This document shows positions 18,075-26,775 of a stretch of 38,238 nucleotides of DNA, piece by piece. The stretch comes from an uncultured Candidatus Saccharibacteria bacterium (lineage in GTDB: Bacteria > Patescibacteriota > Minisyncoccia > UBA11713 > 2-01-FULL-45-33). Every line of letters starts with the position of its first letter. Position 1 is the stretch's first letter. Position numbers and translations under genes: made by a program. The stretch covers positions 46,930-85,167 of the forward strand of contig CAZXFC010000001.1 of the NCBI GenBank assembly GCA_964640425.1, in the 5' to 3' direction. Below the pieces are notes generated by a model. That model did no database searches and was not told where the DNA came from. It worked only from the letters and a program-made list of their open reading frames with translations.

Positions 18075-18156
18075 AAAGAGCCCTCCTTTATTCTTATTTA
18101 ATCTTACTTTTTTATATAGCAAGCAAATAAAGTAATCATGAAGTTAATTCAGACGC

Positions 18157-18191
18157 AAAAAACCCGTCCCGGCAATGAGCCGAGGCGGGTT
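18157..18191 (-). terminator. Rho-independent terminator after the PG-binding protein gene
   Basis: Long imperfect GC hairpin (AACCCGCC...GGACGGGTT on the minus strand) followed by T6. Confidence 0.65.
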
Positions 18192-18218
18192 ATTTATGCC
18201 AATTTCTGAAAAATCAGA

Positions 18219-19004
18219 TTATGTAGGAGTTGGTGTCGGTGTCGGCGTTGGCGTTGGAGTAGGTGTGGGTGTTGGAGTTGGAGTTGGTGTAGGAGTTGGC
18301 GTTGGTGTCGGGGTAGGAGTTGAAGTCGGGGTTGGTGTGGGAGTAACAACTGGTGGAGTGCTGGTAGCGCTCTTGCAAGGCATAACTATGGTTATATCTC
18401 TGATATTACCATGTCCTCGATTTCCACCTTTATGATCGTCATTATCTTCCCGCTCTATTTTTCTAAGCCATCCCGGAGCGATAAGATGCCCCGGCGGCAC
18501 GCAAAATCTTTTATCTCTACGGTTACCGTGTCCGCGATTATCTCCGTCATCATCGTCATCGTCTTCTTCTTTAAGATTATGTTTTGCCAGCTCTTTATTT
18601 AACTGTTCCAGGGTTTTAGGGCCAACTCGTCCGACTTGTTCAATCCCGAACTTTTTCTGGAATCTCTTAACCGCTTTTTCTGTAAGCTTGCCGAAAAATC
18701 CGGTTATCATACCCTCCGGGAAAATCGTCGGGTCGGCGGCAAGCAGGGTTTGCAATAACGCCACCTGATCCCCGGTTGAACCCTCATGCATTTGTCCTAT
18801 GAGCTTTATTGTACTTCTGATATCTTGCTGAGTTTGTACCACCTGATTCTGCGCGGCTACGAGCGCTTCGATTTGCGCTTTTAGAGCCGTTATTTGCGCC
18901 TGCAATTTTGCCACCAGTTCCGCTGAGGTTTCGGCGAATACCGGAACGGCCACGGCGAGAGCAAGAGCTGAAATAACCGCGAATTTTGCTATTTTTGTTC
19001 TCAT
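18219..19004 (-). CDS. Secreted protein with a coiled coil, a PG_binding_1-type peptidoglycan-binding domain and a C-terminal (Thr-Pro)n tail
   Basis: GDQVALLQTLLAADPTIFPEGMITGFFGKLTEKAVKRFQKKFGIEQVGRVGPKTLEQL fits PG_binding_1. Signal peptide present. A 41-residue TP tail runs up to the stop. Confidence 0.75.
   Translation of the reverse strand: MRTKIAKFAVISALALAVAVPVFAETSAELVAKLQAQITALKAQIEALVAAQNQVVQTQQDIRSTIKLIGQMHEGSTGDQVALLQTLLAADPTIFPEGMITGFFGKLTEKAVKRFQKKFGIEQVGRVGPKTLEQLNKELAKHNLKEEDDDDDDGDNRGHGNRRDKRFCVPPGHLIAPGWLRKIEREDNDDHKGGNRGHGNIRDITIVMPCKSATSTPPVVTPTPTPTSTPTPTPTPTPTPTPTPTPTPTPTPTPTPTPTPT
18222..18344 (-). repeat. Imperfect hexanucleotide (ACN-CCN)n tract encoding 41 residues of Thr-Pro repeat
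   Basis: Counted codon by codon from the stop at 18219-18221. The plus strand reads (GGNGTN)n. Confidence 0.95.
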
Positions 19005-19078
19005 AATTTTGATTATAAACTTGATTGAATTAATAATAATTTCTCGACTTTTATAAGTTTTTAATAATTTCTATTATA

Positions 19079-19903
19079 TCACAGACCGAGATTGGATTTA
19101 ATATTCTCGAGTAAGCCGTTATCCACAGAGCCTTTCCCTTCGCTTTCTATTTGCATTTTTTCTCCCTTTTCGTCTTCTTTATCATCTTCGTCATCTTCTT
19201 TTTTATCATTTTCATCCCTTTTTTCTAAAGTGGTTGTAGCCGCCTCTATCTCCATCCGCAGAGAAGCCGCAGCTTTCTTTTTTGCCTTGAGCTTCGGCAA
19301 AAACTTATCCATCTCTTCACCGTCCAATTTTTCCAAGATTTGCGCGTGCGCTTCCAGGGAGGTTTCAAATCTTGCGGAAAGATCAGCGGCAACCCTTGAC
19401 CTTCCTTTCTTTTTCAATTCTTCTATGCGAACCTGAACTTTACCGGCATGGCGAAGAAAATTGTCTTCGATGCTTGTCCTATTCTCATCAGTGAACCGAT
19501 TTTCTTCAACGAGCTTCGCCGCCTCAAAAAGGCGCGCCTCTGAAATATCAGCCTCAACTTCCGCTTTGGATTCGATGGAAAAAGCAAGTACTTCCTGTAT
19601 TCTCTCGTTCACTCCGATCTTTACCGCGTAAAGAGCATCTCCCGGCAAGGCACCCTGTGCCGCGTATGATGCGGCGCTGCCAAGCCCTATTGAAAGCAAT
19701 ATTGCGGCGTAAACGCCTGCGGCTGCCGGTTTCAAATTGATATTAAATCTGCTAAAAATGCTATATCCCCCCTCCAATATAGGTCGGGCTGGCGCCTTAT
19801 CTCTTACCGCGCGCAAAATATTTCCGCGCATTTCGGATTTTTCCTCCGCGCTCATGCGGACATTTCTTGTAAGCTCGTTTATTTTATCCAAGTCGTTTAT
19901 CAT
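19079..19903 (-). CDS. Putative anti-sigma factor / membrane-anchored helical protein (274 aa)
   Basis: ATGA overlap with the upstream ECF sigma gene. Short cytoplasmic N-terminus, one TM helix (AAGVYAAILLSIGLGSAASYAA), and an extracytoplasmic helical domain with an acidic tail. No HxxxCxxC zinc motif. Confidence 0.5.
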   Translation of the reverse strand: MINDLDKINELTRNVRMSAEEKSEMRGNILRAVRDKAPARPILEGGYSIFSRFNINLKPAAAGVYAAILLSIGLGSAASYAAQGALPGDALYAVKIGVNERIQEVLAFSIESKAEVEADISEARLFEAAKLVEENRFTDENRTSIEDNFLRHAGKVQVRIEELKKKGRSRVAADLSARFETSLEAHAQILEKLDGEEMDKFLPKLKAKKKAAASLRMEIEAATTTLEKRDENDKKEDDEDDKEDEKGEKMQIESEGKGSVDNGLLENIKSNLGL

Positions 19904-20409
19904 TGAATTAATTTTTGTATTTTTGCTATGGCGCGATTAAGCCGTACTGATATGACGTTAGCAGACGGCGCATCTCCCGCAAAACCGGCCCGCTCCTCAA
20001 ACACTTTGGCGATCTCCTCGGGGCCGAGGCCGTCGATATAGCGCAGAATAATTATCTCGCGCTCGTTATCTTCAAGAGCATTTAAAAGTTTTATGAAATT
20101 TTTTGCCTCTGCGTTCAGCATTACTTTTATGTGTTCAGAGTCGGATGGCTGCAGACCCTGCTCAAGCATTTCATCCAGAGAATAGGTTTTTTTCTTCCGC
20201 CATTTATCCGCCATTATGTTGCCGGCAATTCGATAGAGCAGTGCCCGCATATTCTCGATCTGATTTTTTTGCGAATAATTCCAGGCGCGCAAAAACGTTT
20301 CCTGCACCGCATCCTTTGCCTCCTCACGGTCATACAGCCTGAAATAACAATGCCTGAAAAGCGCATCGGAATAAGCGTCATATGAAGCCATGAATTCTGA
20401 TTCGATCAT
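19900..20409 (-). CDS. ECF-type RNA polymerase sigma-70 family factor
   Basis: 169 aa. Region 2 (DAVQETFLRAW) and region 4 (REIIILRYIDGLGPEEIAKV...VISVRLNRAIAKI). Confidence 0.85.
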   Translation of the reverse strand: MIESEFMASYDAYSDALFRHCYFRLYDREEAKDAVQETFLRAWNYSQKNQIENMRALLYRIAGNIMADKWRKKKTYSLDEMLEQGLQPSDSEHIKVMLNAEAKNFIKLLNALEDNEREIIILRYIDGLGPEEIAKVFEERAGFAGDAPSANVISVRLNRAIAKIQKLIQ

Positions 20410-20448
20410 TTGGCCACTATACTAGAAGACGTTAAAAGCGCCAAATAC

Positions 20449-21276
20449 TTACCTAATTTCGTAGCGAAGCGTAACGTTGATGATTATATCCTGTGAGCCG
20501 GGTTCGATGGCTGGCGCGGGAGCGCTTTCCGGCGCGCCGCCTCTGCCGTCAGCCATCGTAGCTTTGTAGTATATTGGTCCTCCGTAGCCTTCGTCGATGG
20601 TCAAAAGGCGGCCCAACCCAAAACCGCCCGCGCGTGCAATCGCCAGCGCTTTTGCTTTTGCTTTTTGTATGGCTTCCGCGCGGGCTTGCGATTCAACTTT
20701 GTCGCGGTCATCAATATCAAATAAGAGCCGGGAAACCGAGTTTGCCCCATTCTTAACTGCGCCGGAAAGTATTTCGCCGGCTTTAGCGAAATCACGGATC
20801 TTTACCGAAACAGTCTGGTTTATGCCGTATCCGGAAATCTCCGGTGGAGGACAAACTTTTCCGTTTGACGGATAAATCGCAGGCATTGACTGCGCACCGC
20901 CTTCCATCATCGGCACAGGATAATCCCTGCACGTATAATTTGTGTATTTTGGGTAAACCGAATATCCTTCGGTTTTGATATCTTTTTTATCAACTCCGTT
21001 GGATTTAATAAAATCAATTATCTTGTTGGTTTTAACAGTATTTTCTTTTTGCAAAGCGGCGAGATCCTTGCCGCCTTCGGTAATAACGCTAAAAGTAAAT
21101 GCCGCCACATCGGGCACGGCAACTACCTTGCCCTCACCCGAAACGGAAAAGCTCCGATAAGTGCCGGGTTCTATGGAATTGGAATATGTTCGCACATAGC
21201 TCAAAACAGCGTAAGAGAGTACGCCTATAAATACAATCCCGACCCAAGCAAAATATTCTTTTATGTGTTCATTCAT
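20449..21276 (-). CDS. SIMPL/DUF541-family periplasmic protein
   Basis: N-terminal anchor. VVAVPDVAAFTFSV and ARAEAIQKAKAKALAIARAGGFGLGRLLTIDE are characteristic of SIMPL domains. Confidence 0.75.
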   Translation of the reverse strand: MNEHIKEYFAWVGIVFIGVLSYAVLSYVRTYSNSIEPGTYRSFSVSGEGKVVAVPDVAAFTFSVITEGGKDLAALQKENTVKTNKIIDFIKSNGVDKKDIKTEGYSVYPKYTNYTCRDYPVPMMEGGAQSMPAIYPSNGKVCPPPEISGYGINQTVSVKIRDFAKAGEILSGAVKNGANSVSRLLFDIDDRDKVESQARAEAIQKAKAKALAIARAGGFGLGRLLTIDEGYGGPIYYKATMADGRGGAPESAPAPAIEPGSQDIIINVTLRYEIR

Positions 21277-21280
21277 ATCT

Positions 21281-22309
21281 TTATACTATCAATACCCTGC
21301 CGGAAAGCAAATGAAGATTCAGGAATATAAGACTTTCTATCAATATAAGCAAAAGAAGCCCGTATAATATATGACGCGGATGCTGGACTTTTATTTCAAT
21401 AATAATCATCAGCATCAAAGCCAGACTCACAAAGGCACTAAAGATAACATATAAATAAGATAGCGATCTGATAGGCGAAGTCAGTATTCCATAAAATTTG
21501 TCGGTGAATTTATGCGCGGCATTCTCCGAACTTGCCTGTGGCAAAGCAGAGGATTCTTGCGCTGGCTCTGCGTCCGCATTCTTCACTTCTATATAAAGGC
21601 TGTTTTCGCCGGCACCTTGAGAAGTTGCTTGCACCTCCTCTCCGGCGACTTTAGGTTGGACAACTATTTTTAGCGCTGTCTTGGGAGTCGGCGTTGGCAC
21701 AAACTGCGGCGAGGGCGCCGCATAAACAGGCAGCGGTGTGCCGAATAGCTGTACTACGAATGTCGTCTCGTGCCCTTGATAGACGCCTTTTGCCGTGGCA
21801 ACTCCTATCTCAATAAAATTTTTATTTAAAATATTGGCTCGATGCCCGATAGAATTCATCCAAGCGGTATTAACGTCAGCCGACTCCGAAAAATCTATTG
21901 CCAAGTTTTCTCCGGCATAGGAAAATAAGTAACCGGCCTTACCAAACCAAAACCACGGCGTAAGCCCTTCGGGACTGGTATGCGCAAAATAACCTTTCGC
22001 GGCCATATCGTCGGCTTTGTACTTTGCGGCCAAAACCAGGAGCGGATTACTCTTCAGTTCAGGAAGTTTATTCTCGGTGCGATCAGAATTGGCAAGTCCT
22101 ATCAAGGCGGGGGGTAAAACTTCCGCCAAAAAATTGTAATTGCCCAGAATTACGGATGAATAAACCGCGGATAAAGCGGAAATAAGCAATAAAAAAGCCG
22201 CAAATCCGGACACCACATGCGCCCTGAAAAAATGCGGTATATACTCATTTCCCTTATGCGGTATGAAGTATTTTCTAAACACCTCTTTCATTTTACCATT
22301 ATACTCCAT
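21281..22309 (-). CDS. CAP/SCP/PR1-like domain protein with N- and C-terminal membrane segments
   Basis: YFAHTSPEG and NTAWMNSIGHRANILN motifs of the CAP superfamily. Confidence 0.75.
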   Translation of the reverse strand: MEYNGKMKEVFRKYFIPHKGNEYIPHFFRAHVVSGFAAFLLLISALSAVYSSVILGNYNFLAEVLPPALIGLANSDRTENKLPELKSNPLLVLAAKYKADDMAAKGYFAHTSPEGLTPWFWFGKAGYLFSYAGENLAIDFSESADVNTAWMNSIGHRANILNKNFIEIGVATAKGVYQGHETTFVVQLFGTPLPVYAAPSPQFVPTPTPKTALKIVVQPKVAGEEVQATSQGAGENSLYIEVKNADAEPAQESSALPQASSENAAHKFTDKFYGILTSPIRSLSYLYVIFSAFVSLALMLMIIIEIKVQHPRHILYGLLLLILIESLIFLNLHLLSGRVLIV

Positions 22310-22398
22310 TTTTAGGCAAAATACAATAGCACATGAATAACTTTATTTGTCAAGGCTATAATACTATATACGGGAATTTTTTCATATATACTGGAAAC

Positions 22399-22917
22399 AT
22401 GGAAAAGCCCCCGTCACCGAATGAAAAACCGAATTTTACCACCGAAGAGGCTGCGAATGCCGAAAAAAATCTCGATTCCCTGGTCGAGACAATGAAGGTT
22501 TTGGGATTTTCTTATGCTGAAATTCAATTATCTTCCGAAGAACTTATAAGTGCGGCAAGAAAGATCGCCCCGGAAAGGCTTAAACTTGTTGAACAAAAAT
22601 TGAAAACCGGAAACATCAGCCTGGGGGAAATGCCCGCAAATGTAGTTTTGGACAAGCTCTATGGCGTTGATAAAATAATCGTATTCAGCGGGCGCACTTT
22701 TTTTATTGACGCCACAACAGCAAAGACAACCGCAATTAAAAACAAAATTAATAAATTTACCGAATTAGAAAAGCTGCTTCGTTCAGCCGGAGCCGACCAT
22801 GCCGTAATCTTGAGCTTGAGAAAAAATGATGTCAGCGAGGATGCGGCCATTAAATTTGCCGCCGCGCTTGCGGACGCCGCAGAGTTCGTGGTGGATGTAA
22901 GATTGCACAACCTATAA
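22399..22917 (+). CDS. Hypothetical protein (172 aa)
   Basis: Start moved to ATG 22399 because a TATACT box lies 6 nt upstream; the ORF track starts at 22333. No family recognised. Confidence 0.5.
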   Translation: MEKPPSPNEKPNFTTEEAANAEKNLDSLVETMKVLGFSYAEIQLSSEELISAARKIAPERLKLVEQKLKTGNISLGEMPANVVLDKLYGVDKIIVFSGRTFFIDATTAKTTAIKNKINKFTELEKLLRSAGADHAVILSLRKNDVSEDAAIKFAAALADAAEFVVDVRLHNL

Positions 22918-23238
22918 AGTTCCGTTGCACTCGCAAAGACTGGCCGAGAGATAACCGTCCTCGTTCAGTGAATATTTTGCGAGGTTGCCCTCGTACCCGC
23001 AATGCGGGCACTTTACGTAATAGTCCCAGACGCACCAGGGTTGGTGAGTCGTAGCTTCCACAACTTCCCCATTGAATGTTTTGCATCCCCATAAACAAGC
23101 AAAGCCGCCCAAGGTATGGCCGGTTATGGTCTCGTTCTGTTTTATTTTTTCCTTAAGGCTTTGTGCTGCGGCTATAGCCGCCAACAACTCCTTTGAAACC
23201 CTTTCCTTTCTTTCGGACTCTTTCGATACGAAAGTCAT
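22912..23238 (-). CDS. Hypothetical Cys-rich small protein (108 aa)
   Basis: CPHCGYEG and CECNG motifs. TGaTATAAT lies 5 nt upstream of the ATG. 6-nt tail-to-tail overlap with the previous ORF. Confidence 0.45.
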   Translation of the reverse strand: MTFVSKESERKERVSKELLAAIAAAQSLKEKIKQNETITGHTLGGFACLWGCKTFNGEVVEATTHQPWCVWDYYVKCPHCGYEGNLAKYSLNEDGYLSASLCECNGTL

Positions 23239-23300
23239 TTATAATTATATCAAATATCCGGGCGCCGCAACGCGCGACTGTGGATAAACTCTTTCCTTCC

Positions 23301-23323
23301 ACTTAGCTGTCGGACAGCTAAGT
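23301..23323. repeat. REP-like perfect palindrome, family 2, downstream copy
   Basis: ACTTAGCTGTC-G-GACAGCTAAGT. Its last base is the first base of the stop codon (23323-23325). Confidence 0.95.
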
Positions 23324-23964
23324 TAATCTAAAAGCATAGTTTCTAATTCTTTTTGCATAGCTTTTTTTTCCAGAATTGATTTTAAGGAATTTTCAGAAAA
23401 ATCCTTGTATTCAATAAGGTTCTTGAATTGTTTTAAAACAATATCTTTAGTACATAAAGATTTATCAATATTATTTAAATATTCATGCCGGCTTGAACGG
23501 AACTCATCACCTCTTATTTGATGAACCAAATTATTAAGATTTACATAAGCACTGACATGCAACAAATATTCGTTTGAATCTATATGCGCGGCTTTAAATT
23601 TTCCCTGGAACAGAACTCCGCTTCTTTTGTATTTGAAATTGAATCCCTGGGTATATCCGCCTCCCAGCCTTTTCATAAATTCGCTTATCCCGTTTTCCGT
23701 GCGCTGCCTTAAGATAATATGATAATGATTCGGATTAAGGCAGTAACAAACAATATCTACCAGCTTAGCTGTCCGACTGCTAAGTAGAGACTTATCTCGA
23801 AAAGAGTTTTCAAACAGGCTACCGATTGGATTTTTTGTATTAAATTCGGCCATACTTTGCAGAAATCTGTCAAAATCATCGCGATCAAGAAATACCGGCC
23901 GTTTGTCCGTACCTCGATTATAAATATGATAAAATTCCCCATTGGCAAATCTGACTTTTCTCAT
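23323..23964 (-). CDS. HUH/Y1 tyrosine transposase-like protein, paralog 2 (213 aa)
   Basis: NPNHYHIIL (HUH), GEFYHIYNRG, SNEYLLHVSAYVNLNN. Collinear with the 11307-11951 protein. Confidence 0.75.
   Translation of the reverse strand: MRKVRFANGEFYHIYNRGTDKRPVFLDRDDFDRFLQSMAEFNTKNPIGSLFENSFRDKSLLSSRTAKLVDIVCYCLNPNHYHIILRQRTENGISEFMKRLGGGYTQGFNFKYKRSGVLFQGKFKAAHIDSNEYLLHVSAYVNLNNLVHQIRGDEFRSSRHEYLNNIDKSLCTKDIVLKQFKNLIEYKDFSENSLKSILEKKAMQKELETMLLD
23763..23785. repeat. REP-like palindrome, family 2, intragenic in-frame copy (21/23 match)
   Basis: GCTTAGCTGTC-C-GACTGCTAAGT, within the codons for LLSSRTAKL. Confidence 0.85.
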
Positions 23965-23980
23965 GGTGCCAATATATTAG

Positions 23981-24005
23981 CACTTAGCTGTCCGACAGCT
24001 AAGTG
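23981..24005. repeat. REP-like perfect palindrome, family 2, upstream copy
   Basis: cACTTAGCTGTC-C-GACAGCTAAGTg, 16 nt upstream of ATG 23964. Confidence 0.95.
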
Positions 24006-24065
24006 TGAGATGTGGATAAGCCGCCATTCATGAAAAGAACATGTGTGTCTGATAATTTCTTTGGG

Positions 24066-25094
24066 ATGAAAATTGCACAAATTGCGCCTATCGCGGAACG
24101 TGTGCCTCCGAAAAAATATGGGGGTACCGAACGTGTGGTTCATGCGCTCACCGAAGAACTGGTACGCCGCGGCCACGACGTCACTCTTTTTGCATCCGGC
24201 GACTCTTTGACTTCAGCAAAACTTGTTTCAGTCTATCCGCGCGGTTTAAGAGAGGCGAAACTTCAGGATATTTACGGACTGAATTCTTTTACGCTTCTTA
24301 ATATAGGCGTCGCTTACACGCTTCAGAATGAATTTGATATTATCCACGATCACAACGGAACATACGGTCTGCCGACAGCCAATATTTCGAATACTCCGGT
24401 GCTTCAGACAATTCACGGACCGTTCACAGCAGAAAACAGGCATATTTACAGACGTTTAAAGAAACCATATCTGGCAACTATATCAAAATCGCAGGCTACA
24501 GTTTTGGACCTAAATTACGCCGGCAACGTTTACAACGGACTCGCAATGGAAGACTTCCCTTTTTCCCGCGAGCACGACGGCTATCTGATTTTCGTCGGAC
24601 GAGTGTCTATGGAAAAAGGCGTGCATATCGCAATAGACACCGCGCGGGAACTGAATCTTCCTCTGCTTATCGCCGCCAAAGTTGACCAGAATGACAGGCC
24701 GTATTTCCATGAATACGTTGAGCCTTATCTTTCCGAGCAGATACAGTGGATAGGCGAAGTGGACGAAAAAAGAAGAAATGAACTTTTTTCGCGTGCTATG
24801 TGCTCCTTGCACCCAGTTACTTGGCGGGAACCCTTCGGACTCACAATAATTGAAGCGATGGCAACAGGCTGCCCAGTCGTGGCGCTCAACAAAGGCTCGA
24901 TTTCGGAGCTTATTAAGAACGGCGAAACAGGATTTGTTGTCGAAGACCTTGAAGAAATGGTTGACGCGGTTGAGAACATTCACACTATTGACAGGGAGGC
25001 TTGCCGCATACACGCGCTATCAAAATTCAACGCCGTAAAAATGACGGATGACTATCTCAAGATCTATAAAAACATATTGAAAAAACAAAAATGA
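24066..25094 (+). CDS. GT4-family (GT-B) glycosyltransferase
   Basis: N-terminal MKIAQIAPIAERVPPKKYGGTERVV and the C-terminal EPFGLTIIEAMATGCPVVA...GETGFVV (EX7E region). ATG 24066 is preferred because TGaTAATTT lies 7 nt upstream; the ORF track starts at GTG 24012 inside the palindrome region. Confidence 0.85.
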   Translation: MKIAQIAPIAERVPPKKYGGTERVVHALTEELVRRGHDVTLFASGDSLTSAKLVSVYPRGLREAKLQDIYGLNSFTLLNIGVAYTLQNEFDIIHDHNGTYGLPTANISNTPVLQTIHGPFTAENRHIYRRLKKPYLATISKSQATVLDLNYAGNVYNGLAMEDFPFSREHDGYLIFVGRVSMEKGVHIAIDTARELNLPLLIAAKVDQNDRPYFHEYVEPYLSEQIQWIGEVDEKRRNELFSRAMCSLHPVTWREPFGLTIIEAMATGCPVVALNKGSISELIKNGETGFVVEDLEEMVDAVENIHTIDREACRIHALSKFNAVKMTDDYLKIYKNILKKQK

Positions 25095-25104
25095 AGAATT
25101 TTTC

Positions 25105-25133
25105 TTGACTCGCACCCCCATTTAAAATATAAT
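25105..25133 (+). promoter_or_regulatory. Sigma70-type promoter
   Basis: TTGACT (25105-25110), 17 nt, TATAAT (25128-25133). Followed by a 30-nt leader containing GGAG. Confidence 0.7.
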
Positions 25134-25163
25134 ACACTCTTAGATCTGGAGAAATTGATCATT

Positions 25164-26450
25164 ATGAATGAAGAACAAATAAAATATTTATGGAACTCCG
25201 GCATCAATACGCTTCATGAGTTGGAAACGGATGAAGGAATTTTGGCTTCAGGAAGAAATGAAAAATTTGGCGCTATTTTCGGCAGGGATTCATTGATTGT
25301 CGCTCTGAAGCTTATAAATGCTCATGAAAAAAAAGGAGGGGATGCGTATTTTTTATCCGTCGCAAAAAAAATCCTTTTGAATTTGCAAAATCTTCAGGGT
25401 AAAGAAATAAACATTGAAAGCGGAGAAGAGCCCGGTAAATTCATTCATGAATTCAGGCCAGACAAACATGATTTCCTGACCAAAGAGCCCGAACGACCCT
25501 GGTATTCCTATCCCGATGGTACTATGAAAAACTACGACTCCGTTGACTCTACTGCCCTTTTCCTTATCGCCACGATTAATTATTTCAAAGCGTCTGGGGA
25601 TCATGTATTTTTGAAGCAAATATTGGGCTCGGCGGACTTAGCTCTCGACTGGCTACTTATATACGGCGACAAGAACGGAGATGGATTCATTGACTATGAA
25701 TTCCCCGTCAAGCGAGTTTATGGCGGACTTGTTACGCAAAGCTGGATGGACAGCGCAGAATCAGTCTTTCACGAAGACGGCGAAAAAGTTGAGTACCCTA
25801 TCGCTCCCGTCGAAGTGCAGGCATATGCTTACCGCGCTTTGAGACTTTGGGCGGAGCATTTAAAAGATTCCTATCCCGCGAAAAGCAAAAGATTATCTAA
25901 GCGCGCGAATAAACTCAAAAAGTTATTTAACAAAAAATTCGCAATTAAGGATGAGTCCGGTACGTGGACATTGGCTTACGCGCTGGACGGCAACGGAAAA
26001 CCGCTTGTCTCGGCACGCTCAAGCATAGGACATTGCTTATGGGCCGGAGATCAAAACGGGGATTGCGTTTTAAACAAATTATCCGTTCCAAAGCTCGTTC
26101 GACGGCTTATGTCTCCGGATCTTTTCGAGCCGAACGCGGGAATACGCACTTTGTCCACGCTTTCCGTGGGGTACGGAGCCATGAGCTATCATAACGGCTC
26201 AATCTGGCCACACGACACCAGCATGATAATCGAGGGCCTCGAAAACTTCGGATATAAGAAAGAGGCCGGAAAAATAAAGGATACCCTACTAAAGTCGCTG
26301 GTGCAATTTGAGACTCCTGTGGAACTTTACGCCTACGACGGCAAACTGATGGAATATTATACACCTGAATTTGCCGCGTGCAGGAAACAAGCCTGGAGCG
26401 CGGCCGCTATGGTATCGGAGCTCGCACCCCTTATGGCTAAAATGGCATAA
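25164..26450 (+). CDS. Amylo-alpha-1,6-glucosidase / glycogen-debranching-enzyme C-terminal-domain family protein
   Basis: FGRDSLI, TQSWMDS and YHNGSIWPHD motifs of the (alpha/alpha)6 GDE_C fold. The start could be TTG 25155 or ATG 25164. Confidence 0.8.
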   Translation: MNEEQIKYLWNSGINTLHELETDEGILASGRNEKFGAIFGRDSLIVALKLINAHEKKGGDAYFLSVAKKILLNLQNLQGKEINIESGEEPGKFIHEFRPDKHDFLTKEPERPWYSYPDGTMKNYDSVDSTALFLIATINYFKASGDHVFLKQILGSADLALDWLLIYGDKNGDGFIDYEFPVKRVYGGLVTQSWMDSAESVFHEDGEKVEYPIAPVEVQAYAYRALRLWAEHLKDSYPAKSKRLSKRANKLKKLFNKKFAIKDESGTWTLAYALDGNGKPLVSARSSIGHCLWAGDQNGDCVLNKLSVPKLVRRLMSPDLFEPNAGIRTLSTLSVGYGAMSYHNGSIWPHDTSMIIEGLENFGYKKEAGKIKDTLLKSLVQFETPVELYAYDGKLMEYYTPEFAACRKQAWSAAAMVSELAPLMAKMA

Positions 26451-26478
26451 AAAAAAGCCCGGACTTATCGCCGCGGGC
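26449..26478 (-). terminator. Possible terminator of the small minus-strand transcript
   Basis: GCCCG...CGGGC 5-bp stem followed by T8 on the minus strand. Confidence 0.4.
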
Positions 26479-26659
26479 CGGAGGGAAAAAATTTATTCTT
26501 TCCCTGCACCTCCTTTTGTTGGCTCATCTGCACACTTCTTTCATACTCTAAAATTCGCGAATTTAATGGCAGACTTTCGTCAAATATTTTTATCGAGTCT
26601 CCCTCCTTTCTAGGCTCATTACTGCCTGCGGATTGATTCCCCTTAGTGTTGTGCGGCAT
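26465..26659 (-). CDS. Hypothetical hydrophilic small protein (64 aa)
   Basis: GGAGG lies 5 nt upstream of ATG 26659 (MPHNTKGNQSAG...). The stop is embedded in a hairpin plus T8. It lies downstream of the terminator of the 702-aa gene, so it would be its own transcription unit. Confidence 0.35.
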   Translation of the reverse strand: MPHNTKGNQSAGSNEPRKEGDSIKIFDESLPLNSRILEYERSVQMSQQKEVQGKNKFFPSGPRR

Positions 26660-26775
26660 GAGACCTCCTTCTGGTCTTGAGTTTAAACGATGCGACATGA
26701 ATTCTTCATGAATACTTCTAGGTTTTCTCACTTCTTAACCCATGGTAAACTTTTCTCATTAAAGTTCTATTAAAC

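Larger units (their letters stand above)
23301..24005 (-). mobile_element. RAYT/IS200-like unit 2 (705 bp) bounded by a second palindrome family
   Basis: Same architecture as unit 1 with a different cognate palindrome. Confidence 0.55.

Noticed and set aside
18175-18435. 86-aa plus-strand ORF rich in (Gly-Val)n
   Set aside because: It is the antisense shadow of the (Thr-Pro)n tail of the 18219-19004 gene. It has no SD or promoter and its composition is an artefact of the repeat.
22333-22398. N-terminal 22 codons of the 194-aa ORF-track entry
   Set aside because: They contain promoter-like TATAAT/TATACT boxes, and the first ATG after a -10 box is at 22399. The extension is AT-rich and has an unlikely composition (MNNFICQGYNTIYGNFFIYTGN).
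24510-25013. 167-aa minus-strand ORF
   Set aside because: It is antisense to the GT4 glycosyltransferase, with no signals and a shadow-frame composition.
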